The position numbers and the translations under genes are program-made. Below the pieces are notes generated by a model. It was not told the DNA's origin, made no database searches, and saw nothing but the letters and a program-made list of their open reading frames with translations. From an uncultured Actinomycetota bacterium (GTDB lineage Bacteria; Actinomycetota; Actinomycetes; CAVWCF01): a stretch of DNA of 64,000 bases. Below are positions 1 to 8,511 of this stretch, piece after piece. The DNA lies in the NCBI GenBank assembly GCA_963753435.1, contig CAVWCF010000001.1, positions 288,001-352,000 on the forward strand, read 5' to 3'. Within the stretch, counting starts at the first letter, position 1; each line of letters begins with the position of its first letter.

Positions 1-322
1 CCTCCAGGAAGATGGTGGGAACTCCGGTCGCGCGGGTTCCGGCCGCCTCGGCCGTTTCGCGGAACAGTTCCGCGTTGGCCGAGTCCCTGTAGACCTCGTA
101 TGCGTCGACCGTGACGTCAGGTTCTTCGACCTGAAGATCCGCCAAGTACTCCTTTGCCTTGGCGCAGTGCGGGCACCCTTCCCCCCAGAAGAGGGTGATC
201 ACGACTTGGGTGTCCGTCGCGTCATCCGCCTGTGCGGGCCCCGGGAGTGCGACGGCAAGGCCCAAGGCTGCCCCGCCCAGGAGGCAGACCAACAGAAACC
301 TGCGCAATCTCGGCCTGCGCAT
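1..322 (-). CDS. Secreted/membrane thioredoxin/glutaredoxin-like CxxC protein (5' part; runs off window start)
   Basis: Manual translation from ATG 322: MRRPRLRRFLLVCLLGGAALGLAVALPGPAQA (signal peptide), then ITLFWGEGCPHCAKAKEYL...GVPTIFLE, giving the CPHC site and cis-Pro VP motif. Not in the ORF track because it is open-ended. Confidence 0.8.
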   Translation of the reverse strand, partial: MRRPRLRRFLLVCLLGGAALGLAVALPGPAQADDATDTQVVITLFWGEGCPHCAKAKEYLADLQVEEPDVTVDAYEVYRDSANAELFRETAEAAGTRATGVPTIFLE

Positions 323-369
323 ACCTACACGATGCGCTCCCGCAGTCGCGCCAAGTAGGGGCTATGGAC

Positions 370-1158
370 TCACTCCCCCGCACATGCCAGCAGGGTGGTT
401 GCCGGTGAGTGGTGCACGATCGCGGTAGCAACGGAACCGACTCGCAGCCGCTCCAGTCCGGTGAGCCCGCGCGTGCCGGCGACGACCAAGTCCGGCTCCA
501 GGTCCCGGATCCGCTCGAGGATCGGAGTCCGCACGTTCACGAACAGTTCGTCGCCCAGCGGTACGACGCGTGCAGTGATGGTGGCTCCTGAGGGCGCCAG
601 CGCGGCCGCGGCCTCCTCGATCGCGGAGTCCACATCAACCCGCCCGTCGTTGACTGCCAGGACCTCCACCGAAACCTCGCGCAACCAGGGCCACTGAGCC
701 AAAGCCGTAACTGCCGCGTTGGAGTGAGCGGAACCGTCGACACAGACGAGGACGCTTCGACAAGGCCGGTCCTCACGAACCAGAAGTAGCGGTACTGGTG
801 GTGCTTGCAGTAGCCACTCGCTGGTGCTGCCCAGATGCATGGCCTTCAACAGCCCACGACCGCGGGTGCCGACCACTAGTAGTTCTGCCTCGCCCAGGGC
901 GGACAGGACGACACGTGGGTCACCGGTCGCGCGCAAATGCGAAACGCTCAAACCCGATCTCGGATCAGCCGAACGTGGTTGCTGCGGATCGGCATCCGGT
1001 TCGACCCGGTCCTCGTTGGAACTGGGCGCGACTTGGGCCGGCGTAACCCGCAGTACCGCAACCGCCCAGCCCGGCCACGAGCGGCGATTGAGCCATCTCC
1101 AGGCTGCTTCCGCGTGCTCCGAGCCGTCGTCCCCGAACACGATCCGTGGCTGCATCAT
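370..1158 (-). CDS. Universal stress protein, tandem USP domains
   Basis: Two USP repeats: IVFGDDGS...LVVGTRGRG...LGSTS and VLVCVDGS...VVAGTRGLTG...VGSVA. Confidence 0.9.
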   Translation of the reverse strand: MMQPRIVFGDDGSEHAEAAWRWLNRRSWPGWAVAVLRVTPAQVAPSSNEDRVEPDADPQQPRSADPRSGLSVSHLRATGDPRVVLSALGEAELLVVGTRGRGLLKAMHLGSTSEWLLQAPPVPLLLVREDRPCRSVLVCVDGSAHSNAAVTALAQWPWLREVSVEVLAVNDGRVDVDSAIEEAAAALAPSGATITARVVPLGDELFVNVRTPILERIRDLEPDLVVAGTRGLTGLERLRVGSVATAIVHHSPATTLLACAGE

Positions 1159-1226
1159 CGCCTCCGAACACCCGAAAGTCGTCTGCTTTCACCGTATCCC
1201 CCTACGCTGCCTCCAGGAGGTGCCGA

Positions 1227-2549
1227 ATGGCCGAAACGCCGGTTGATCCAGAGGTGCAGCGCTTGCGGGAGCAGGTGGAGAAGTTGGAGTCAGAACTGGC
1301 CACCGGGGGCCCGCGTAGGTCGGCAGGCTCCGCGTGGCGCTGGGTCGGCGTCGCCCTTGTGTCCCTCTTGATCTTCGTTGTGGCCCCGGTCTCGGTGCTC
1401 GGCGCGTGGGCGCAGAGCATCGTCTTCGACACCGATCGGTATGTGGCCACGGTCACACCGCTGGCCGACGATCCGGCGGTGGAAGAAGCCATCGCTCAGC
1501 AACTAACCGATCAGATCTTGACCGAGATTGACGTCCAGGACGTCGTGGACTCGGTGGCGCAGAACCTGTCCGAAGCCGGCGCACCGGATGCGGTGAACCT
1601 CCTGAAGCCGCTGGCCGTGAGCGGCGTTGAGAATCTGATCGCAAGTGCGGTTGATGGCGTCATCGCCTCCGAGGCTTTTGAGACTGCCTGGATCGAAGCC
1701 AACCGGACCGCGCATGAATCGTTGGTCGCCGCGCTTACCGGAGAAGAAGACGGCACGGCGTCCATCGAGGACGGCGAAGTGCGCATCCAGACCGCGGCGT
1801 TCATCGGGGCGATCAAGGACGCACTTGCCGATACCAGGCTGTCGGGGGTCGCCGACCGGATCCCGGAGGTGAACGCCTCCTTCGTGGTGTTCGAGAGCAA
1901 CAACTTGGCGAACATCCAGTCGGGGATGCGGCTACTGGATGCTGCCGGCAACTGGCTACCGGTGCTGACGCTGGTGCTGGCGTTGGCAGCGATCGCGTTG
2001 GCGCCGAATCGGCGCCGGGGCGTGATGGTCGTCGGCCTGACCCTGGCCGGCTCCATGCTGTTGCTTGGGCTCTTGTTGGCCGTCGGCCGGGTGGCCACCC
2101 AGGACGCGGCCCAATCGCTGAACGCCGACGCTGCGGTTGCGATCTACGACCAGGTGTTGACGTACCTGCGCATCAGCCTGCGCGCCGTCGCGATCGTCGG
2201 ACTGCTTGCGGCACTGATCGCCTGGCTGTCTGGGCCCTCGGGTCCAGCGGTGGCCGTTCGTGGTGGCGTCAATCGCGGTTTTGACTACACGCGCCAGGTG
2301 ACCGTCGGGGATGCCGAACCGGGTCCGGGCCGAGCTTGGTTGGTGCAGTACCGCCGCCCATTGCAGGCGGCGATCATCGGGATCGGCGTCATCGCCTTGC
2401 TGTTCTGGCCGTACCCGACCGCTCTGGTTGTCGTCGGAATGCTGATTCTGGTGTTGCTGGCTCTGGCGCTAGTCCAAGTGTTCGGTACCGCTCCCCGATC
2501 ATCGGCCCCGGCGGCGCAGCGCGAGAACGCCGGCAATCGGGACGAGTAG
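1227..2549 (+). CDS. Integral membrane protein of unknown function
   Basis: AGGAGG at 1215-1220 before ATG 1227. Short coiled coil, TM helix, large extracytoplasmic domain (DTDRYVATVTPLA), multi-TM C-terminus. Confidence 0.8.
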   Translation: MAETPVDPEVQRLREQVEKLESELATGGPRRSAGSAWRWVGVALVSLLIFVVAPVSVLGAWAQSIVFDTDRYVATVTPLADDPAVEEAIAQQLTDQILTEIDVQDVVDSVAQNLSEAGAPDAVNLLKPLAVSGVENLIASAVDGVIASEAFETAWIEANRTAHESLVAALTGEEDGTASIEDGEVRIQTAAFIGAIKDALADTRLSGVADRIPEVNASFVVFESNNLANIQSGMRLLDAAGNWLPVLTLVLALAAIALAPNRRRGVMVVGLTLAGSMLLLGLLLAVGRVATQDAAQSLNADAAVAIYDQVLTYLRISLRAVAIVGLLAALIAWLSGPSGPAVAVRGGVNRGFDYTRQVTVGDAEPGPGRAWLVQYRRPLQAAIIGIGVIALLFWPYPTALVVVGMLILVLLALALVQVFGTAPRSSAPAAQRENAGNRDE

Positions 2550-3068
2550 GAAGCTGGCCGTGATGAGCACCCACTTCGACGCCGTGAAGAAGGGTGCGAG
2601 GAACGGCAGGACGGCGGTCTCCGCGGGATAGCGACCGATCGTGACCGCGGTGCACACGTTCTCCGCATAGTCCAAGACCACCACGACGACCGGCAGCAGG
2701 TTCAACCGGCGCCAGGGACTGCCGACGGCAACCGCCCGTGCCAGCAGCCAACTCAACGTCGTGGCCAGGAACGCCCCGTACACCAGCGGCCAGACCAGGT
2801 CGAAGGTGTACCTGGCTTGAACGTAGGCCTGACGTCCCTCCGGCCCGAAGGCCTCCGCTGATTCACGCAGGTCGTCGGCGGAGTACCAGAAACTGGTGTC
2901 CGGCGACGGCGCTCCGTTGGCGTACTGCTCGGCGTCTGAGGCCGCCATCGGCAGCACAGTGGCGCTGAAGACCACGAAGACAGCGATCGCGGCGAGCACG
3001 ACCCAGCCGGAGCTGACCCGGTAAAGCCATTGCGACAGCCCGCGGCCGTCGCGATGCCGGCCGGTCAT
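2499..3068 (-). CDS. Hypothetical membrane protein (about 4 TM)
   Basis: ATGA overlap with the upstream stop at 3065-3068; hydrophobic helices; DLVWPLVY and DYAEN motifs. Confidence 0.75.
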   Translation of the reverse strand: MTGRHRDGRGLSQWLYRVSSGWVVLAAIAVFVVFSATVLPMAASDAEQYANGAPSPDTSFWYSADDLRESAEAFGPEGRQAYVQARYTFDLVWPLVYGAFLATTLSWLLARAVAVGSPWRRLNLLPVVVVVLDYAENVCTAVTIGRYPAETAVLPFLAPFFTASKWVLITASFLLVPIAGVLALRRRGR

Positions 3069-3730
3069 CGGCTCGCCAACTGGCATGTCCAATCGACCGC
3101 CAAGGATGCGACCAAGCGCGCGGCCTCAGGATCAACCTTGCCGCACCCCATTCGGCAAGCCAGATCCGCTCGCCCTTCGGCATCGCAATGTGAGCCGTTC
3201 GGGATCTCGATGACTTCCGCGTTGGGTAGCGCCGACAACCATTCGGCCGCTTGGCCGGACCGGTTGCACCGGTTCGGAGGTGCGACCGCGGCATGGACCG
3301 GCAAGTCGCCCAGTGCGCCCAGGGCCGGTTGCATCAACCCGGTCAGTGACTCATTGGGGTCCAGCAGGACCAGACCAAGCGGCTCCGGCCCGTCTTGACG
3401 AAGAGCTGCGGCCACATGGCAAAGCGATGCGCCCCCGACGGAGTGACCCAGCAGCACCAGGCGGTTGCCCGGTGAATCGCTCAACGGCGGCAGCCTGAGC
3501 GCGACTTGGTTCAGCACTGCCGGGTCATCAAGCAGCCGGTGTCGCCGCAGGCTCGGCAGGCTGGGCGCCAGAACCTCCAGACCGGCATTGACCAACTGCT
3601 GAGTCAGCCCAGCGAGGTGCTTGGGGGTTCGGGCGAATCCGTGCTGCAGCCAGACGGCACCGATTGACTCGCCCGAAGGCTCAGTGCGGTACACCGTCAC
3701 CTTCAGATCCGGCCAAGTGATGCGTTCCAT
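3065..3730 (-). CDS. Alpha/beta hydrolase
   Basis: QHGF oxyanion segment, GHSVGG nucleophile elbow, LLDP, C-terminal GSHCD. Confidence 0.8.
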   Translation of the reverse strand: MERITWPDLKVTVYRTEPSGESIGAVWLQHGFARTPKHLAGLTQQLVNAGLEVLAPSLPSLRRHRLLDDPAVLNQVALRLPPLSDSPGNRLVLLGHSVGGASLCHVAAALRQDGPEPLGLVLLDPNESLTGLMQPALGALGDLPVHAAVAPPNRCNRSGQAAEWLSALPNAEVIEIPNGSHCDAEGRADLACRMGCGKVDPEAARLVASLAVDWTCQLASR

Positions 3731-4272
3731 CAGGGCAGCACTCCGGCATGCGCGAGAGCCAGGCGGAGCAGGCGATCCTGTCCACCGGTCATCTCCCGGC
3801 CCACGTCGTCACTGGCGGCCTCCGCCGGCGTCATCCAGACCAGGTCCAACGCGGAATGGGAGGGTTCACAGTCACCATCGACGGGGACTACGAACGCAAG
3901 GCTGACCGCGTGCTGGCGTGGATCATGAAAGCCGGTCACTTCCGGTGTCGGAAAGTACTCCGCGATCGTGAACGGGGCCGGTGACACCGGAACGCGCGGC
4001 AGGGCCATCGGCCCCAGGTCCTTCTCCAGATGACGCAGAAGCGCATCGCGGATGCGTTCGCCGTAGAGCACGCGGCCGGATACGACCGCCCGACTGATGC
4101 TGCCGTCGGGCATTGCCCGCAGCAGCAGGCCGATGCTGGCTATCCGTCCAATGCTGTCCACCCGAACCGGGATGGCATCCACATAGACGATAGGTAGGCG
4201 CCCGCGCGCGGACTCCAGGTCCTCTGGCGCCAGCCAGCCTGGTCGCACCTGCGTGATGTCGGTCACGGCCAC
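3730..4272 (-). CDS. NUDIX-like hydrolase (DUF4916 family)
   Basis: PIVYVDAIPVR, SGRVLYGERIRDALLRHLEKDLG and HDPRQHAVSL match the actinobacterial DUF4916 family as I recall it. Confidence 0.85.
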   Translation of the reverse strand: MAVTDITQVRPGWLAPEDLESARGRLPIVYVDAIPVRVDSIGRIASIGLLLRAMPDGSISRAVVSGRVLYGERIRDALLRHLEKDLGPMALPRVPVSPAPFTIAEYFPTPEVTGFHDPRQHAVSLAFVVPVDGDCEPSHSALDLVWMTPAEAASDDVGREMTGGQDRLLRLALAHAGVLP

Positions 4273-4349
4273 CCTCCCCGATCGTCGCGAACGTGGCCCA
4301 TCGTGGCATGGCCCGCGCGTTCAGCGGAGATCCTGCCTAGGGTCTGGGC

Positions 4350-5943
4350 ATGCCGAAGTTGGAGATAGTTGACGCCGCTGACCGACCGCTCCCCCTCGAC
4401 GCGCAAGCCTGGACCCGCCACTCGGGCCTTGAGGTGCAACTGGTCCAGACGCCGTCCGGCACTGCCGACGGCGTCCTGGTCCTCGGGCCACCAAGCGCGG
4501 ACGTGGTCGCCGGGCTCTCGCAGAGACGCGGGCGACATCCCGGTTCTGGTGGCGGGCGCAGCGCTGCGCGGCGACTTGGCAGAACTGGCCGGCGTGACGT
4601 TCGGGTCGGAATCGCCGGAGCATGAGATCCGGCTGCGCTTGGTGCCGCAGTTGGACCCGCGGGCGGAAGGCGACCTGCTGCTGCGGGGCACCGTTCCGAC
4701 GGTCACGGCGCTGGCTGACGACGTCCAAATTCTGGGTGACGTGCATCTGGGCCTGGACCGTCATGCGGCGCTGACTTGGCGCGCCGCGAGCGGGTTCGGC
4801 GTGCTGACCGTGGCCGATCGCGCTGACGCCTGGTCCAACCCCCGGCTGCCACGCACGGTCGCCCGCTGGCTGCGGCACGCCCAAGGGGAGCCGGAGGCGC
4901 AGCCGTTGCGGGTGGGGCTGCTCGGTTACGGCGCCATCGGTCATGAGCACAACCGGGCAGTGCACGCAGTCCCGGGGCTGGAGCTGGTGGCGGTATGCGA
5001 CCAGAACCCCGAGCGGATCGAGGTGGCCCGCCAGTTGGCACCGCAAGCGCGCGGGTACACCGACGGCCTGGAGATGCTGCAGGACCCCGATGTGGACCTG
5101 GTGGTCGTGTCCACTCCCCCGAACAGCCACCACCGCTGGGCGATGGACGTGCTCGGAGCCGGCAAGCATGTGGTCCTGGAGAAGCCGATGGCCCTGACCG
5201 CCAAACAGTGCGACGAGGTGATCGAGCGGTCCCGCGAGATGCAGCGCGTGGCGGTCGTCTACCAGAACCGGCGTTGGGATCGGGACTACTTGGCGATCAG
5301 GTCGCTGCGGGACTCGGGGGCCCTTGGCGACGTCTTTCACGTCGAGACGTTCGTGGGCGGTTACGGACACCCGTGCAACTACTGGCACTCCGACGCCGGG
5401 GTATCCGGAGGGGCCATATTCGACTGGGGCAGCCACTACCTGGACCAACTCCTGGATCTGCTCGGCCAACCCGTGTCGGTGAGTGCCCGCAACCACAAGC
5501 GCGTTTGGCTCGACGTCACGAACGCGGATCACTCCAGGGTCACGGTCACGTTCGCGGACGGGTGCGAGGCGACGTTCATCCATTCCGACCTTGCCGCCGC
5601 AATCAAGCCCAAGTACTACGTCCTCGGCACCTCGGGGGCGGCTGTCGGTGAGTGGCAGCACGAACGCATCGTGAGCGCCACGGACATCGGCACCGTTCAC
5701 GAGCATCGGTTCGCTCCGGCTGACGCGCCTGCCCAAATCCGCTTCTTCGCCCCGGACGGGTCGGTGACCGACGTTGCCCTCCCCGAGCCGCAGGAGTTCG
5801 CCTTCCACCGGGAACTGGCGGCGTTGGTGCTTGAAGGGTTGCCAATGAGCGTCACAGCGGACCAGTCGCGGCAGGTCGTGGCGGTCATGGAGGCGGCGGA
5901 GCGCTCAGCTGTGGCCGACGGTGAAGCGGTGGGTCTGGGGTGA
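4350..5943 (+). CDS. Gfo/Idh/MocA oxidoreductase with N-terminal extra domain; apparent +1 frameshift near 4521-4527
   Basis: GLLGYGAIG, EKPM and DWGSH motifs in frame 4369..5943. Likely true start ATG 4350 lies 6 nt after TAGGGT in another frame, and protein-like sequence switches frame at CAGAGAC. Confidence 0.8.
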
Positions 5944-6887
5944 TCCGCTGGGGTTTCTTGGGGGCCGGGTTCATCGCTTCCCGGGCGTTGGCACCAGCCG
6001 TCCACGCCGCTGACGGCAGCGTTCTGCATAGCGTCGCGGCTCGGGATCTGCGCCGCGCTGAAGGGTTGGAGCCGGTGCGGGCCTGCACGGAGTACGCCGA
6101 CGTACTTGCGGACCCGGAAGTGGATGCCGTCTACATCAGCTTGACCAACGAGGCGCACCTGCCATGGGTGACGGCGGCACTGGCGGCGGGCAAGCACGTG
6201 CTCTGCGAGAAGCCACTCGGCCTGAATGCGGCCGAAGTGGCGCAGATGTTCGAGCACGCCAGGGCCGCCGAACGGCTGCTGGTGGAAGCCACCATGTACC
6301 GCTGGCACCCGCGTACCCGACGCGCTGAGGCGCTAATCCGCTCCGGCGCGATCGGCACCGTGACGGCGGTTGACGCCAGCTTCACCTTCGACGGTGTTCC
6401 TGAGGACAATTACCGAATGGACCCCGCTCGCGGCGGCGGTGCCTGGTACGACGTGGGCTGCTACACGGTTTCGGCGGCCCGGTGGGCGCTTGGGCGTGAT
6501 CTGGCCGAACCGGACGCCGTCACGCGCCGGGACCTCCCGACCGGGGTGGACGGCAGCACCGAAGCGAGTTGGGCCGATCCGCGGGTGCGGTTACGCGCGT
6601 CCGTCATCGACGTCCCCGAACAGTCCCTGCTGATCCACGGCAGCGACGGCCTACTTGATCTCGGCCATGAGTCCGCGGCGTTCACCGCGTGGCATGACCC
6701 GGTGGACCTTCGGCTGCGGACGGCGGCCGGGGACGAGGTGGAGAGCTTCGCCGCGATCGACCCGTACCAGGAGATGGTCATGGGCTTCACGCGGAAGTTG
6801 TCCGGAGAAGACGCCTGGGTGTTGCCGCCTGAGGAGTCCCTGGGCGTGGCTACGACCATGGATGCGGTTCGCGCCTGGGTGGGATGA
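5940..6887 (+). CDS. Gfo/Idh/MocA oxidoreductase
   Basis: WGFLGAGFIA, KHVLCEKP, YDVGCY; GTGA overlap with the previous stop. Confidence 0.9.
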   Translation: MIRWGFLGAGFIASRALAPAVHAADGSVLHSVAARDLRRAEGLEPVRACTEYADVLADPEVDAVYISLTNEAHLPWVTAALAAGKHVLCEKPLGLNAAEVAQMFEHARAAERLLVEATMYRWHPRTRRAEALIRSGAIGTVTAVDASFTFDGVPEDNYRMDPARGGGAWYDVGCYTVSAARWALGRDLAEPDAVTRRDLPTGVDGSTEASWADPRVRLRASVIDVPEQSLLIHGSDGLLDLGHESAAFTAWHDPVDLRLRTAAGDEVESFAAIDPYQEMVMGFTRKLSGEDAWVLPPEESLGVATTMDAVRAWVG

Positions 6888-6996
6888 GGGTCCAAGGTCC
6901 CGGTCGTGTCGGCCCACACTGGCGGCACACTTCGGCTTGACTCACGCAACGGATACCCGGAACGCGCACTAACCGCGCCCGGACGGAGGGGAAGAC

Positions 6997-7776
6997 ATGG
7001 ACCTGGGCTACGGATACGGCACCGACTGGTACGGCTACCGCAAGAAGTTCGCCGTGCTGGTGCCGTCGACGAACACCGCGGTGGAGTACGAGTACAACGC
7101 CATGAAGCCTGAAGGCGTTGTGGTCGCTACCCGCGGATGTGTCATCCCGCCGTTCAACGTGACCAACGAGGACGAGTTCGTCGGCATGGTCAAGGCCATT
7201 GGTGCCGCCACGGAGCAGGGCCTTCGCGACGCCCTCACGCTCAAGCCCGACCACGTCATCTTCGGCTACTCCGCGGAGACGTTCTGGGACGGCAAGGAAC
7301 GGTCCGACCGCGAGTTCGCCCGCTACAACGACATCGCCCAAGAGGTGGCCGGCTGCAACGTCACCTTCGGCGCCCAGGCCATCCAGGACGCCCTGGCAAA
7401 CTTCCCGGGCGTCCACCGAATCGGCGTCATCAGCCCATACATGCCAATCGGCAACCAGATGGTCGACAAGTTCATGTCGGACATCGGCTACGAGGTTGTG
7501 CGCATGGCTGGGCACTCCTCCCCCGGTCCAGTAGAGATCGCACACGAACCGTTCGCGAAGTCTCGGGCACTGGTGCATGAGGTGGATGGCGACGATGTCG
7601 ACCTCATCTTGCAGGCGGGGACCAACCTGCCGTTCGTGCCGCTGGCCGCAACGATGGAGCGCGAACTGGGCAAGCCGGTGCTGGCGATCAACGCAATCAC
7701 CTTCTGGCACGCGCTGCGCGCCAATGGCATCCAGGATCGAATCAGCGGGTTCGGGCGCCTGCTCGAGGAGTTCTAG
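6997..7776 (+). CDS. Maleate isomerase/arylmalonate decarboxylase (Asp/Glu racemase fold) family protein
   Basis: VLVPSTNT, RIGVISPY, LGKPVLAIN motifs; GGAGGG RBS; both canonical catalytic Cys absent. Confidence 0.8.
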   Translation: MDLGYGYGTDWYGYRKKFAVLVPSTNTAVEYEYNAMKPEGVVVATRGCVIPPFNVTNEDEFVGMVKAIGAATEQGLRDALTLKPDHVIFGYSAETFWDGKERSDREFARYNDIAQEVAGCNVTFGAQAIQDALANFPGVHRIGVISPYMPIGNQMVDKFMSDIGYEVVRMAGHSSPGPVEIAHEPFAKSRALVHEVDGDDVDLILQAGTNLPFVPLAATMERELGKPVLAINAITFWHALRANGIQDRISGFGRLLEEF

Positions 7777-7860
7777 CCTGCAACTGGCTTTGCCGCGCAT
7801 TAGCCTCCGACTGCCCCTGCCGCAATGGTGGGGGCAGTCGCACGAGGACGGTTAGCCGCA

Positions 7861-8511
7861 GTGGAGTTGCAGGCGAAGACGAGCAGGACCCGCTCCCTAT
7901 GGGTGACCGCCGGAGTCGGCGCACTGGCGCTGGCCGGCGGGTGGGCCATCGCCGCCGAGGCCACGCAAGTGCCGTCTTGGGAAGAGGCGGTCACCCTCGG
8001 CATCAACGACGCACCGGACTGGTTGCGTTATCCGCTCTGGCCTGTGATGCAACTGGGCAATTTCTGGATGGTCGCAGTACTACCAGCTGGGCTGTACGCG
8101 GCCACTCGCAGCGGTCGGGCGGCCGCGACCGGGGCGTTGGCCACCGGGGCGGCCTGGGCGCTGGCGAAACTGGTCAAGGAGCAGGTCGGCCGCGGCCGGC
8201 CGGCGGACTTCTTCGACGACACGGTCGTGCGCGAGTCCGGAGTCACGGGCCTGGGGTATGTGAGTGGGCACGCCGCCGTGGCGTTCGCCGCGGCGACTGT
8301 TGTCGCCCACTTCCTGCCGCGGCGCTGGAAATGGGTCCCGTTCGGTCTGGCGACAGTCACCGGCCTGGCTCGGATCCATTACGGTGCGCACTTCGCCCTT
8401 GACGTCGTCGGTGGTGCTGGTCTTGGGGTGGCCTGCGGTGCAATCGCCCTGTTGATCCTGCGCCCGCCGACAGGGACGCGAACCTCCGAAGCGAAAGGCA
8501 CCAGTGCATGA
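7861..8511 (+). CDS. PAP2-family membrane phosphatase
   Basis: KEQVGRGRP, YVSGH and ARIHYGAHFALD are the three PAP2 motifs. Alternative start 7825. Confidence 0.85.
   Translation: MELQAKTSRTRSLWVTAGVGALALAGGWAIAAEATQVPSWEEAVTLGINDAPDWLRYPLWPVMQLGNFWMVAVLPAGLYAATRSGRAAATGALATGAAWALAKLVKEQVGRGRPADFFDDTVVRESGVTGLGYVSGHAAVAFAAATVVAHFLPRRWKWVPFGLATVTGLARIHYGAHFALDVVGGAGLGVACGAIALLILRPPTGTRTSEAKGTSA

Noticed and set aside
6888-6996. Riboswitch or PafBC promoter before the racemase-fold gene
   Set aside because: No recognisable aptamer; TGTCGG is 13 nt, not 10, from the next -10-like CACACT.
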